From assembly GCA_963837955.1 (NCBI GenBank), contig CAWIPH010000002.1, positions 2,336,001 through 2,400,000 on the forward strand: DNA of 64,000 nt. Reading direction: 5' to 3'. This DNA comes from an uncultured Verrucomicrobiae bacterium. GTDB lineage: Bacteria > Verrucomicrobiota > Verrucomicrobiia > Chthoniobacterales > JAFAMB01. The position numbers were made by a program, and so were the translations under genes. Shown piece after piece: positions 38,485-48,713 of the stretch (position 1 is the first letter of the stretch; each line of letters begins with the position of its first letter). The notes beneath the pieces are model-generated. The model had not been told where the DNA came from and searched no databases. It saw only the letters and a list, made by a program, of their open reading frames with translations.

Positions 38485-40092
38485 TTACATCCGGAACACC
38501 CCGAAGCGCGTTTCCGGAATCGGGGCATTCAGCGACGCTGAGATACCGAGCCCAAGAACGAGCCGCGTATCTAACGGATCGATCACCCCGTCATCCCACA
38601 GGCGCGCACTTGCATAGTAAGGATGCCCCTGTTTTTCGTACTGTTCACGGATCGGCTTCTTAAATGTTTCTTCTTCTGCCGCGCTCCACTGGCCGCCTTT
38701 TGCCTCGATGGAATCGCGTCTGACCGTAGCTAATACCGACGCTGCCTGTTCTCCTCCCATGACCGAGATGCGCGCATTCGGCCACATCCAGAGCAGCCGC
38801 GGAGAATAGGCGCGTCCGCACATGCCATAATTTCCGGCGCCAAATGATCCGCCGATGATCACCGTAAATTTTGGGACCTGCGCGGTGGCGACAGCAGTGA
38901 CCATCTTGGCGCCGTGTCGGGCGATCCCTTCGGCTTCATATTTACGACCAACCATGAACCCGGCGATGTTCTGCAAAAAGATCAACGGGATTCGGCGTTG
39001 GCAGCAGAGCTCGATGAAGTGAGTCCCTTTCTGGGCGGATTCGGAAAAAAGGATACCATTGTTGGCGATGATGCCGACTGGATAACCCCAGAGATGCGTA
39101 AACCCACAAACCAGCGTTGAGCCGTACCGAGCCTTAAATTCGTCGAACTCGGAACCATCGACTATGCGCGCAATCACTTCCCGCACATCATAGGGCTTGC
39201 GGTGATCGGTTGGAATGACTCCGTATAATTCCTGTGGATCGGAGCGCGGTTCAATTGGTTCCCGGACATGGAGCTGTACCGGTTTCGTGCGATTCAGGTT
39301 AGCGACGATCGTGCGAGCTAAGACCAGCGCATGTGAATCGTCTTGTGCTAAATGATCGGCAACGCCGGATAATCGGGTGTGGACGTCGCCGCCGCCCAGA
39401 TCTTCGGCGCTGACGACTTCACCGATCGCGGCTTTGACCAAGGGAGGACCTGCCAAGAAGATTGTCCCTTGGTTCTTCACGATGACCGACTCATCGCTCA
39501 TCGCGGGTACGTAAGCACCGCCTGCTGTGCATGAACCCATCACGACAGCAATTTGGGCAATTCCCTGCGCCGAAAGATTGGCCTGATTATAGAAGATCCG
39601 GCCGAAGTGGTCGCGATCGGGAAACACTTCATCCTGGTTCGGTAAATTCGCACCACCCGAATCGACCAGGTAAATACAAGGCAACCGGTTCTGCTCGGCG
39701 ATTTCTTGGGCCCGGAGATGCTTCTTTACCGATATCGGGTAATAGGTGCCGCCTTTCACGGTCGCGTCGTTGCAAACAATCACGCATTCCTGGCCGGAAA
39801 CACGACCAATGCCGGTGATGAGTCCGGCACCTGGCGCGGCGTTGTCGTACATGCCGTAAGCCGCCAGCTGAGACAGCTCGAGAAACGGAGTGCCTGGATC
39901 GATTAAACGATTAACCCGGTCGCGAGGCAGAAGCTTGCCGCGTGAAAGATGTTTTCGGCGTGCTTCCTCACCACCGCCACTGGCCAGTTCGAGAATTTTC
40001 TTCCGGAGATCGCAGACCATCGCCTCCATGGCCTCTGCGCTACGACGGAACTCGGTCGACTTCGGATCGAGTTTGGACGCAAGGATCGGCAT
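38485..40092 (-). CDS. liuB: 3-methylcrotonyl-CoA carboxylase beta (carboxyltransferase) subunit
   Basis: [71 protein letters not shown]. Confidence 0.97.
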   Translation of the reverse strand: MPILASKLDPKSTEFRRSAEAMEAMVCDLRKKILELASGGGEEARRKHLSRGKLLPRDRVNRLIDPGTPFLELSQLAAYGMYDNAAPGAGLITGIGRVSGQECVIVCNDATVKGGTYYPISVKKHLRAQEIAEQNRLPCIYLVDSGGANLPNQDEVFPDRDHFGRIFYNQANLSAQGIAQIAVVMGSCTAGGAYVPAMSDESVIVKNQGTIFLAGPPLVKAAIGEVVSAEDLGGGDVHTRLSGVADHLAQDDSHALVLARTIVANLNRTKPVQLHVREPIEPRSDPQELYGVIPTDHRKPYDVREVIARIVDGSEFDEFKARYGSTLVCGFTHLWGYPVGIIANNGILFSESAQKGTHFIELCCQRRIPLIFLQNIAGFMVGRKYEAEGIARHGAKMVTAVATAQVPKFTVIIGGSFGAGNYGMCGRAYSPRLLWMWPNARISVMGGEQAASVLATVRRDSIEAKGGQWSAAEEETFKKPIREQYEKQGHPYYASARLWDDGVIDPLDTRLVLGLGISASLNAPIPETRFGVFRM

Positions 40093-40201
40093 GAAGATGG
40101 ACTTGTTGCTCCGGTAGGCTGATTTTTCTGGGGTGAAATGAGCTCCGGCTCTCAGAATGCTTCATCTCGAACAAAATTTCACGCCCGAAACTCCGCAACG
40201 C

Positions 40202-40462
40202 TCATCCTCGACCGGGAGGGCGCATGTCCTCGTGCGCCGAAAAGAACGGATCGCGGGGACGCGATCCCTCCCCGGTTTGGGCGTTGAATCATCCTCGACC
40301 GGGAGGGCGCACGTCCTCGTGCGCCGAAGAACGGATCGCGGGGACGCGATCCCTCCCCGGTTTGGGCGTTGAATCATCCTCGACCGGGAGGGCGCACGTC
40401 CTCGTGCGCCGAAAAGAACGGATCGCGGGGACGCGATCCCTCCCCGGTTTGGGCGTTGAATC
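40202..40462. repeat. Tandem array of three 85-87-bp REP-doublet units (BIME-like)
   Basis: Units start at 40202, 40289 and 40374 and are nearly identical. Each contains the GGAG doublet also seen at 210 and 12088. Confidence 0.92.
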
Positions 40463-40472
40463 GTTGCCGAGG

Positions 40473-40612
40473 TGCAGGTTCAGAACATAGGCAACACCTT
40501 AGGTTCAATACATAGGTAACACTTTTTGGGCAGAGAACGGTAAAAGAAGCGTTCATACCCCGGAAGAAGAATGAACCTATGGAGCAGAAGTGTTACCGAT
40601 GTTCTGAACCTG
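40473..40612 (+). mobile_element. Miniature internally deleted IS481-like remnant
   Basis: Left CAGGTTCAGAACATAGGCAACAC (40475-40497) matches the reverse complement of 40590-40612 at 21/23. A second left-end copy lies at 40501-40522. 40555-40590 reads IPRKKNEPMEQK, like a decayed MPWK...PMEQR transposase start. Confidence 0.7.
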
Positions 40613-40687
40613 GTCCCCGATGGGCATCCACCAATCACTTCTCACCTCTCACCGATCACAATCGCAGCCTGAGCTAGGAGGCCGACT

Positions 40688-41488
40688 ATGACTGACCCGC
40701 GCGAGGTAGCGACTCTTCGACGATTACATGGGGCGATAGGTTCGGTTCCGCTAGTATCTTTGTGCAGGAAGGTTGGTATCTCAGTTCCTGAAATGGGAAA
40801 GGTACTCGAATCCCTAAAGCAATCTGGTTTTGCCTTTGAGCAGACCGACGAAGGAATCCGGTTTTTGAGCGAACCTGACTGGTTGGTCCCGCAGTCCATC
40901 ATGGCGCGTCTGGAAACAAAGATCGTCGGTCGGGAGGTCTTCGTATTTCGCGAAACTTCGTCGACCAACGACCTGGCGCGACAGGCGGGCAAGGGGGGTG
41001 CGGCCGAGGGGGTCGTCTTTTTTGCGGAACACCAGACAGCCGGCCGGGGAACGCATGGCCGAAAATGGATTTCTAGCTCTAATCAAGGCCTCTGGTTCTC
41101 CATTTTATTGCGCTCGCAATTGCCCGTCGATCAATGTCCAGTTCTTGTTCAAATGGCGGCGGTGACGGCTGCAGAAACTGTCGAGCGCTGGATCGGAAGA
41201 CCTGTCTCCATTAAGGCGCCAAATGATTTGTACGTGGGTGGAGGGAAACTTGGCGGATTTCTATTAGAAACCTCGAACGGATGGGATTTCCAAGTGTTAG
41301 GTATCGGGATCAACGTGCGGTCTGCTCCACCAGTAGAAGGATATGCGACCGTCGCATTGGACCAATTTGCGAAATCTCCCATTCCTCTGACAGAGCTGGC
41401 GGCTGAGCTACTCACCTGTTTCGAGGATTGGTATTTAAGAACGCCAGCGGAGGCAGTTGCTCGCGCATTTGCCGTGCGACTGAGTTGA
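40688..41488 (+). CDS. birA: Biotin--protein ligase
   Basis: SSTNDLA, AEHQTAGRG..GR.W.S, KAPND (for KWPND), KLGGFL.E, GIGINV. Divergent from the biotin-dependent liuB/liuD. Confidence 0.9.
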   Translation: MTDPREVATLRRLHGAIGSVPLVSLCRKVGISVPEMGKVLESLKQSGFAFEQTDEGIRFLSEPDWLVPQSIMARLETKIVGREVFVFRETSSTNDLARQAGKGGAAEGVVFFAEHQTAGRGTHGRKWISSSNQGLWFSILLRSQLPVDQCPVLVQMAAVTAAETVERWIGRPVSIKAPNDLYVGGGKLGGFLLETSNGWDFQVLGIGINVRSAPPVEGYATVALDQFAKSPIPLTELAAELLTCFEDWYLRTPAEAVARAFAVRLS

Positions 41489-41663
41489 GTAGCCTGATGC
41501 TTCCAGCCTCAGGAAGAGTGATCTGTGATTAGTGAGAGGAATGGAGAACAGGGCGGTAAGAAATCTCTGCCGAGGATTTGCCGATAGGCATCCACCAATC
41601 ACTTTTCACAAATCACCTCTCACAATCGGGCAGGCCGATTCCTGAGCCAGAGGATCAGGCTAC
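41489..41663. repeat. GTAGCCTGAT..ATCAGGCTAC REPIN-like element
   Basis: Homolog of 19267-19491. Begins immediately after the birA stop codon. Confidence 0.85.
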
Positions 41664-42374
41664 CTGCTACGACCCGGAGGGCGCTTGCTTGGCCTGTGGC
41701 GGCTCTTCCTGGCCCGAAATTTCAGTAGTGCCGCTCGGGACGAACTGATGAAATGTCACCACTTTTCCGGCGCTGGCGCTCGACGGTAGGTGAGCAAGAA
41801 GTTCAGTCACACACGCGTGGTATGGCACGTTAACGGCCGGGGCAAATTCCTGAAACCGTTTGAAGGCGTCTTCCAGACCATTCGCTCGCCAGTCTTTCTG
41901 GCCGTTTCCCAAAAGGCGGGCGCCCGTATGCCATCGAACTACGACTGCAATTTCCGCCTCTGTCTCGTAACTCAGTTCGATCGAACAAGATGAGCGCTGG
42001 AGATAAAATCCGCCAATTTGCTCAGTCGCTTTCAGCTCTCTAGTGATGGAACAACAAATTTGATTCACAGGAACACCCTTGACATCGCTACATTTTTTGA
42101 GGCTACAAGTCCAACGAATTACCGACCCATCGCCATTTTCAACATCAGCGTCATGCTGCGATTGTCCACATCAAGTATCGCTATTGCGAAAGTATCTGGT
42201 CGCCAAAGCGACCAAGATGAGAAAATCAGCTGTGCCAGAAGCGCGAAGTAGCTGTGGTTTCTCCGCTCGACCGATTGAATCTGAGAATGAGCATTATATT
42301 TCTGCGAAACCGCCATGCGCTTGACGACCGCTGCCGACGCCGGGCAATCTGATGCAGTGAACGGACACACGCGT

Positions 42375-42821
42375 ATGCAGGTGCGGATCGCTCGAACGGT
42401 GCTGATGGCGTTCGGCCTATTCTGCGCAATCGGTGCACTGGGTGAAACGCCTTGTTTTCGATCAGAAGGGCTCAAGTACGTGGAGACGGTGCATCTAGAT
42501 GTCACCGGGGCCCGAGCGAGCGGAGACTACTTAGTAGATGAATACGGCGAAAACGGTAAACAGTATCGATTTTCGGGAAGCGTGATTCCCACTCCAAAAG
42601 GGAAAAGCGGTGTCTATCTTGCGATTGACTTCAACAAAGAGGATTTAGAGGAGGGGCAGCAGGCTCCGTATCAGCTGCCGCCTGGAACAGAGAAAATAGT
42701 CTGGGTGCTGAGGATCGTGAATCATCACGCTCATTTGTTCATCTCAAAGAACGAGAGATTCTATGACACGGTTCCTGCCCACTATGCGGTGGCGGAAGAT
42801 GAGTACGAGCCGTGCAAGTAG
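42375..42821 (+). CDS. Hypothetical exported protein
   Basis: Signal-peptide-like VLMAFGLFCAIGALG followed by a beta-rich domain. Start uncertain (42315 in the ORF track). Confidence 0.6.
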   Translation: MQVRIARTVLMAFGLFCAIGALGETPCFRSEGLKYVETVHLDVTGARASGDYLVDEYGENGKQYRFSGSVIPTPKGKSGVYLAIDFNKEDLEEGQQAPYQLPPGTEKIVWVLRIVNHHAHLFISKNERFYDTVPAHYAVAEDEYEPCK

Positions 42822-42827
42822 ACCTGC

Positions 42828-45125
42828 TCAACGGCTTCGGACATTGGAGCGCTCACGACCGACGAAGTAGAGAAGTGCGCAGATCAGCACGAATGGAATG
42901 AGCGCGAGCAGATCGCTCCACGGTCCGTGAAACAATGGATTGTGGGCCTCCGACCAGTCATTCAGTGCGGCGTCAGTACGATCGAATGCACCGGCCAGAA
43001 ATGCGATGACGATGCCAGCAATCGCGCCACCGGCGATGTAGCCAGAGGAAAGCAGCACGCCCGGACTTTTGTCACTTTCGGCAGCAAGCTGTTCGTCGGT
43101 GAGGTTTCGGAGCCGGCGCCGTCGGGACGCGTCGACCAGCCATCGGATCAGTCCGCCTACGAATATCGGACTGGAGGTAGAGAGCGGCAGGTAGACGCCG
43201 ACCGCAAAAGCCAGCGACGGGATACCGCACATTTCCAGAGTAAGGGAAGTCATGACTCCAAGAAGTACCAATGCCCAGGGAAGCTTCCGATCGAGGACAC
43301 CTTTGATGATGTAGCTAACCAGGGTGGCCTTAGGGGCGTCGAATTTGCGTACCTTCGAACCGTCCGGACGTTCGGTGACTGTTCCGTTGATGCCCGGATC
43401 AACAAACCAAACCGCGTGACCGGACTGATCTACGAGATATTTGCCCGGTGGTCCTCCAGTAATATCGGTCTTGTGCCAGGAGAAGTAGGAGTTGGCGTCG
43501 TCACGTGATTGGGGGCCAAAAATCTTTTCGGTGTGGGTGAGGCGAGAGACGTCAGTCACCAGGCCGGGAGCAACCTTGGCGGCCGGAACGTACACCGTTG
43601 CCGCATTGTTTAGTTGGAGCAGGATCGGCCCCATGATGAGAGCTGACGCGAACGCGCCGAAGAGGATCGCGATTTGTTGAAACTTCGGCGTGCTCCCGAG
43701 CAGAAAACCCGTTTTGAGGTCCTGCGATGTCGTACCACCGTTGGACGCAGCGATACAAACAATCGCGCCGACCGAAAGCGCAGTGACGTAATAGGCGCCC
43801 CCTGTCCAGCCTACGAGCAAGAATATCAGACAGGTGAACAACAATGTCGCTATTGTCATTCCGGAGATTGGATTGGAAGAAGAACCAATCTCACCCGTGA
43901 GTCGGGACGAAACCGTCACGAATAAGAACCCAAAGATTATTATGAGAATGGCGCCGAGCAAATTCATGTTCAGCGCCGGCGTGGCAATGATACCGATGAT
44001 TAAGACGATAATTCCGATCGCGACGAACTTGAGCGAAAGGTCACGATCGGTTCGAGGAACGTCCGTTTCTTTGGTATTCCCGGCGGCGGCGGTGAGACGG
44101 AAATCAGCCAACCCCCCGCGCAGGCCATGCCAGATTGTTGGCAATGATCGCAAAAGGCTGATGATGCCGGCGGCAGCGACTGCTCCCGCACCAATATAGA
44201 GAACATAAGCGCCCCGAATCTGGTTGGGCGACATCTCTGAGATGGGAATCGTACCCGGTGGAACGATGCCGTTGACGTTCTCGCCGAAAAATTTGATCAA
44301 TGGAATAATCAAAAGATAGGCAAGTACCCCGCCGGCGCACATGAGTGAGGCGATCCGAGGGCCGATGATATAGCCAACGCCGAGCAGTTCCGGCGAAATT
44401 TCGATAGAGATCGAACCTGCCTTAAACGGTGCTCCAAAAATCTTTTCCGGTACATCTTTCCAGCCTTTGAGCGCCACCATCAAGATCTTGTAGACCAATC
44501 CGAGACCGAAGCCGCCAAAGATCACTTTAGCACCGGTTGAATTGCCGTGGCCGCCCAAAGAGACGGCGCGCATTTCTTCCTTCGCGGCAGGGGATGCGGC
44601 CTCGCAGCACTCGGGGGACGCGCCCGCCTTAAGCACCGCGGCGCAGGCCGTTCCCTCGGGATACTTCAAAATGTTGTGCTCTTTGACGATGAGCGCTCTC
44701 CGCAGCGGAATCATCATCAGGATGCCAAGCAATCCGCCGAGCACACCGACCATCATGACTCGGGTGATTTCGAGATCGAAACCGAGGATGAGAATGGCCG
44801 GCATGGTAACTCCGACGCCGAAGGCAATCGATTCACCGGCGGATCCTGCGGTCTGAGTAATGTTGTTTTCGAGAACGGTCGAATCGCGCAGACCAAGCTT
44901 GGAAAGTCCTCTGAAGAGAGCAAGAGAGATAACGGCGACCGGTATCGAGGCACTAACGGTCAAACCGACTTTAAGCGTCAGGTAGAGCGAGGATGCTCCG
45001 AAGACCATTCCAAGGAACGTGCCGGTGAGGAGCGCGCGCCAGGTGAACTCGCGCATTCGAGTTTCTGGCGCGATGAACGATTCAGTATTCGCGGATTTTT
45101 GAGAAAGTGGAGCCAGGGACGGCAT
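42828..45125 (-). CDS. OPT family oligopeptide transporter
   Basis: [69 protein letters not shown]. Confidence 0.96.
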   Translation of the reverse strand: MPSLAPLSQKSANTESFIAPETRMREFTWRALLTGTFLGMVFGASSLYLTLKVGLTVSASIPVAVISLALFRGLSKLGLRDSTVLENNITQTAGSAGESIAFGVGVTMPAILILGFDLEITRVMMVGVLGGLLGILMMIPLRRALIVKEHNILKYPEGTACAAVLKAGASPECCEAASPAAKEEMRAVSLGGHGNSTGAKVIFGGFGLGLVYKILMVALKGWKDVPEKIFGAPFKAGSISIEISPELLGVGYIIGPRIASLMCAGGVLAYLLIIPLIKFFGENVNGIVPPGTIPISEMSPNQIRGAYVLYIGAGAVAAAGIISLLRSLPTIWHGLRGGLADFRLTAAAGNTKETDVPRTDRDLSLKFVAIGIIVLIIGIIATPALNMNLLGAILIIIFGFLFVTVSSRLTGEIGSSSNPISGMTIATLLFTCLIFLLVGWTGGAYYVTALSVGAIVCIAASNGGTTSQDLKTGFLLGSTPKFQQIAILFGAFASALIMGPILLQLNNAATVYVPAAKVAPGLVTDVSRLTHTEKIFGPQSRDDANSYFSWHKTDITGGPPGKYLVDQSGHAVWFVDPGINGTVTERPDGSKVRKFDAPKATLVSYIIKGVLDRKLPWALVLLGVMTSLTLEMCGIPSLAFAVGVYLPLSTSSPIFVGGLIRWLVDASRRRRLRNLTDEQLAAESDKSPGVLLSSGYIAGGAIAGIVIAFLAGAFDRTDAALNDWSEAHNPLFHGPWSDLLALIPFVLICALLYFVGRERSNVRSR

Positions 45126-45342
45126 TCAGAAAATGTTGGCAAGATCTCTCTCCTGCGGCGAGCGAGGAATCAAGCCTTTCTTGCTTTGAAGTTTACGAAA
45201 CAAATTGGACCGGACACATTCGACGCTTTCCATCTCTCGTTCGCGTTTTGAAAGAGCGTTTGTATTTGATTGCGGCTTGCCGGGTGGGAATCTATCTTGG
45301 CGTTTCATTCGTTGAGTAATTTCAAAGTGTCTATCTGGCCTT

Positions 45343-46890
45343 ATGAAACTCCTTGCTGTTCATCCGAGCTGTTTAATGTACTCAAAGATCTACCTTCGCC
45401 TGGAACCGCTCGGGCTTGAGCTGGTGGCAGCCGCCGCTCGGAAAGAAGGTCACGACGTCCAGATTATTGATCTGCAATCGGAAACCCAGCGGGATTATTT
45501 CCGCATCATTGATCGATGGCAGCCGGACGCGGTCGCTTATTCCTGCAATTACTTGGCAAATGTCCCTGAAATCATCGATTTAGCGAAAGAGACTCGGAGA
45601 CGACTTCCAGACAGCTTGATAATGGTTGGTGGGCACAGTGCTTCTTTTACCGCAAAGGAAATACTCGAGCATGCCGATGGGGCATTGGATTGCGTTCTAA
45701 AAGGAGAAGGAGAACCGGTGATCAGGGACGTCTTGTTAGCTGCTGAAAGCGATCGCAAATCGCTCCACAAGGTGCCAGGGGTAATGAGCCTCGAAGGGGA
45801 GGGACCGCGTCCGCGATTCGTAACGAGCCTCGACGATCTGCTACCGGCTCGAGATCTGTTGCGCCACCGCCGCCGATATTTTATCGGAGTTCTCGATCCC
45901 TGTGCTTCGATTGAATTTAGCCGGGGTTGCCCGTGGGATTGTGTCTTTTGTAGCGCTTGGACGTTCTACGGCCGGAGCTACCGTACCAAATCACCGGATT
46001 GTGTGATTGAAGAGCTGGCTACTATCCGCGAGCCGGGCGTTTTTCTCTTAGACGACGTGGCATTTATCCAGGCGGAACACGGGATGCAAATCGGTGAATT
46101 GATTGCGCGTAAAGGAATTCGCAAAAAGTATTACCTGGAGACGCGTGGAGACATTTTGTTGCGCAATAAGGAGGTTTTCCGGTTTTGGCGCGATATTGGG
46201 CTGGAGTACATGTTTCTGGGGATCGAGGCGATCGATGAAGAGGGCCTCAAACAATTCAGGAAGCGCGTTTCGCTCTCGAAGAATTTCGAGTCCCTGGAGT
46301 TTGCCCGATCGCTTGGCGTAACGGTCGCAATTAACATCATCGCGGACCCGTCTTGGGATCGCGAACGATTTCGGGTTATTCGCGAATGGTGCATGGAGAT
46401 TCCTGAGATCGTTAATATCAGCGTCAACACGCCTTATCCCGGAACCGAAAGTTGGCGAACTGAGTCACGCAATTTAAGTACCCGGGATTATCGGCTGTTT
46501 GACATTCAACACGCTGTTTTGCCAACCAAGCTCACCTTGGCCGAGTTTTACCACGAGTTGGTCGAAACCCAGCGGGTCTTGAGCATGAAACATCTCGGGT
46601 TCGCCGCGCTTCGCGAAACCGCTGGACTAGCCGCCGGTCGCCTGATTCGTGGTCAGACGAATTTCGTGCAAATGCTCTGGAAGTTTAATAGCGTTTATGA
46701 TCCAAAGCTTCAAATCGCCGACCACGGTCAGCCGGTGAAATATGAAATTTCTTTGCCGCCGGCGCGATCAGAACATCTCGACCGGCAATCGATGTATATC
46801 CACTCCGCTCGGGGACGAAGCGGTCGCGAGATTGATCATGCGACCGAGGAATTCGTGGAGACCACTCGGATGGGAGCTGCCGAGAAATAA
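45343..46890 (+). CDS. hpnR: Hopanoid C-3 methylase (B12-binding radical SAM)
   Basis: 515 aa. VHPS.LMY.KI.LRLEPLGLELVA, NYLANVPE, SRGCPWDCVFCSAWTFYGRSY (CxxxCxxC), DYRLFDIQHAVLPT, GQTNFV.MLWKFNSV match Methylococcus HpnR as I recall it. Confidence 0.92.
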   Translation: MKLLAVHPSCLMYSKIYLRLEPLGLELVAAAARKEGHDVQIIDLQSETQRDYFRIIDRWQPDAVAYSCNYLANVPEIIDLAKETRRRLPDSLIMVGGHSASFTAKEILEHADGALDCVLKGEGEPVIRDVLLAAESDRKSLHKVPGVMSLEGEGPRPRFVTSLDDLLPARDLLRHRRRYFIGVLDPCASIEFSRGCPWDCVFCSAWTFYGRSYRTKSPDCVIEELATIREPGVFLLDDVAFIQAEHGMQIGELIARKGIRKKYYLETRGDILLRNKEVFRFWRDIGLEYMFLGIEAIDEEGLKQFRKRVSLSKNFESLEFARSLGVTVAINIIADPSWDRERFRVIREWCMEIPEIVNISVNTPYPGTESWRTESRNLSTRDYRLFDIQHAVLPTKLTLAEFYHELVETQRVLSMKHLGFAALRETAGLAAGRLIRGQTNFVQMLWKFNSVYDPKLQIADHGQPVKYEISLPPARSEHLDRQSMYIHSARGRSGREIDHATEEFVETTRMGAAEK

Positions 46891-46946
46891 AATCACCACA
46901 CGGTTTGTCCAGGGTCGCTAACGAGCGAATGCGGTGAATTTATTTT

Positions 46947-47543
46947 CTAGAAGAAGCTCAGACGATTGAGGCCGTTTTGGAGTTCCACGTCTACCGGTGC
47001 TGATTCGGTATCACTCAGAAGGAAGACCAGTCGCATCAGGCTCGCGTCCGCTGGGACCTTTAGTGGATGTGGGATTTCGTTGTCGACAATCCACTCGCTG
47101 CGATCAGACAGGTGATAAAGGACGAAAACGTGGCTCCCCTCGGCTTCGCTGCCGCGGATATGCCATCGATAAAAAATCAATCGTCCGTGGATCCCGTGAG
47201 CTGCGAGCCTGGAGGAAAGGGCCAACGCATAGTTCATACATTCACCGTCCTTTCCCTTGCCGTGGAGACTGGGATCACTGGCCAGCTGATAATGCAGAGG
47301 TTCGCTAGGGGAAGAGGCACTAACTGGAAGATAGGGAGCCAGGAAAACCAGCAGCGCAACGGGAACTCGCCGGTTCTTCCTTCGGCTGTCAGATCGCGTC
47401 AACTGAAGCGGACGATCGCAACCCCGGAACCGAGCTTTCTGATAAAGATCGGACAAACTTCGCTGCAGTGTTTTGAGCACAGCTTCGAGAACCACCGTTC
47501 CTCGTTTTCGAAAACTGCACCCTAAGCTGATTACATACCCCAT
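46947..47543 (-). CDS. Hypothetical protein with possible transglutaminase/papain-like Cys-His-Asp triad (true start probably downstream)
   Basis: GECMNYALAL ... GSHVFVLY ... WIVDN. Signal-like VPVALLVFLAP..A segment at about residue 60. Confidence 0.6.
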   Translation of the reverse strand: MGYVISLGCSFRKRGTVVLEAVLKTLQRSLSDLYQKARFRGCDRPLQLTRSDSRRKNRRVPVALLVFLAPYLPVSASSPSEPLHYQLASDPSLHGKGKDGECMNYALALSSRLAAHGIHGRLIFYRWHIRGSEAEGSHVFVLYHLSDRSEWIVDNEIPHPLKVPADASLMRLVFLLSDTESAPVDVELQNGLNRLSFF

Positions 47544-47561
47544 ATAGGGGACTTTTGAGAG

Positions 47562-47577
47562 AGCAGGTAACGTGCCA
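47562..47577 (-). promoter_or_regulatory. Sigma54 -24/-12 promoter
   Basis: Minus strand TGGCACG-TTAC-CTGCT upstream of 46947..47543. Confidence 0.6.
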
Positions 47578-47668
47578 CATATGATGAGTGGAAGCCTGTT
47601 GGCAGAAAAACCTGGAAAAATTCGGCGATCCGACGGTGATGCCGGCCTATTAGCGGCCGACCCGCTGC

Positions 47669-47818
47669 CTAAAAGACAAGCCGGCCCGTGACTGAAACTA
47701 AGAAGCCGATCGCAGATAAGAAACCCGCCATTAAGGCCAGATCGAGCAGCGTTTCAACGAAAAGCTTCGTCGGATCAGGTCTTTTCCGACCTATTATAGA
47801 GATCTTCTGGCGATTCAT
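47669..47818 (-). CDS. Small single-TM hypothetical protein (49 aa)
   Basis: MNRQKISIIGRKRPDPTKLFVETLLDLALMAGFLSAIGFLVSVTGRLVF, downstream of a sigma54-like promoter. Confidence 0.5.
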   Translation of the reverse strand: MNRQKISIIGRKRPDPTKLFVETLLDLALMAGFLSAIGFLVSVTGRLVF

Positions 47819-47866
47819 TGATGGCGCTGCTTGTTCCGGTTTCCACGGAAGCTCTGTCACTTCTTA

Positions 47867-47882
47867 AGCACCGATCATGCCA
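47867..47882 (-). promoter_or_regulatory. Sigma54 -24/-12 promoter
   Basis: Minus strand TGGCATG-ATCG-GTGCT. Confidence 0.55.
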
Positions 47883-48018
47883 GCGCATTTTTTGACGAGA
47901 CTCGGTGTTTTTCCCCTGGGACAGCGGCACTATTATTCTAGAGATACGCTCCCGAATGCGGGAATTGCGATCTCGCCACCGGAATAAACGGAAATTAGCT
48001 AGCTTTGCCGAATAACCG

Positions 48019-48615
48019 GTAGGGATGCTCCTGCGCGTCTGGTTCGCGGCCCACGAAGAAGTGCGCCCTCCCGCCTAGAATTGCGCCGCACCCAAAGCGG
48101 AAGGGATCGCGTCCTCGCGATCCGTTTTGGCTTCTCGTTGCAAAGACGGTCCTTGAATAGAAGGCAGCAGCGCAACCAAAATCGTCCTCGATTCCCAGGG
48201 CGGTCCAACGGGTAGACGCGGGGAGGGATTGCGTCCTCGCAATCCGCTGCCTAACCCATGATGCTGACATTTCCGCTCCATCGTCTGGTTTCGTCGCTGG
48301 GTGAAGCAACAACGGCGCGCGAGGACGCGCGCCCTCCCCATCAGGGATAATTCGGCGCCATCGCTAGACGAGCACGAGCTCCGGTTTTGCCCTTCCTCGC
48401 CCCATCGAGGAAGAGCACGAGGACGACGACGAGGACGATTTGGTCCAACGAGGAAACGCGGGGAGGGATTGCGTCCTCGCAATCCGCTGCGTAACCCATG
48501 ATGCCTGACATTTCCGCTCCATCGTCCGGTTTCGGCGCTGGGTGAAGCAACAACGGCGCGCGGGTACGCGCGCCCTCCCCATCGACGCCCCAATCGAGAA
48601 CGAGGACGAGCACGA
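48019..48615. repeat. REP-rich cluster including a ~140-bp direct duplication (48202-48342 / 48442-48583)
   Basis: GGGAGGGATTGCGTCCTCGCAATCCG ... CGGCGCGCGAGGACGCGCGCCCTCCCC twice, 240 bp apart, plus GAGGACGAGCAC-type hexamer runs. Confidence 0.85.
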
Positions 48616-48713
48616 AAGTCCTCGCGAAAACGAGCGAATTGTCAGGGAAGCAGTACACGCTCTTCCCAGACTGCATCGAGAAAAGAAGGTTCTGCTTCAG
48701 AGAACAGCCACTT

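Noticed and set aside
40157..40556. ORFs of 60-88 aa in the track
   Set aside because: They are translations of the tandem REP array and IS remnant.
41823..41838. Sigma54 promoter TGGCACG
   Set aside because: The -12 element is absent (CGGCC) and no gene follows.
41667..42300. Gene or pseudogene on the minus strand (41667..42068 and upstream pieces)
   Set aside because: No recognisable motifs or convincing start, so coding status cannot be supported.
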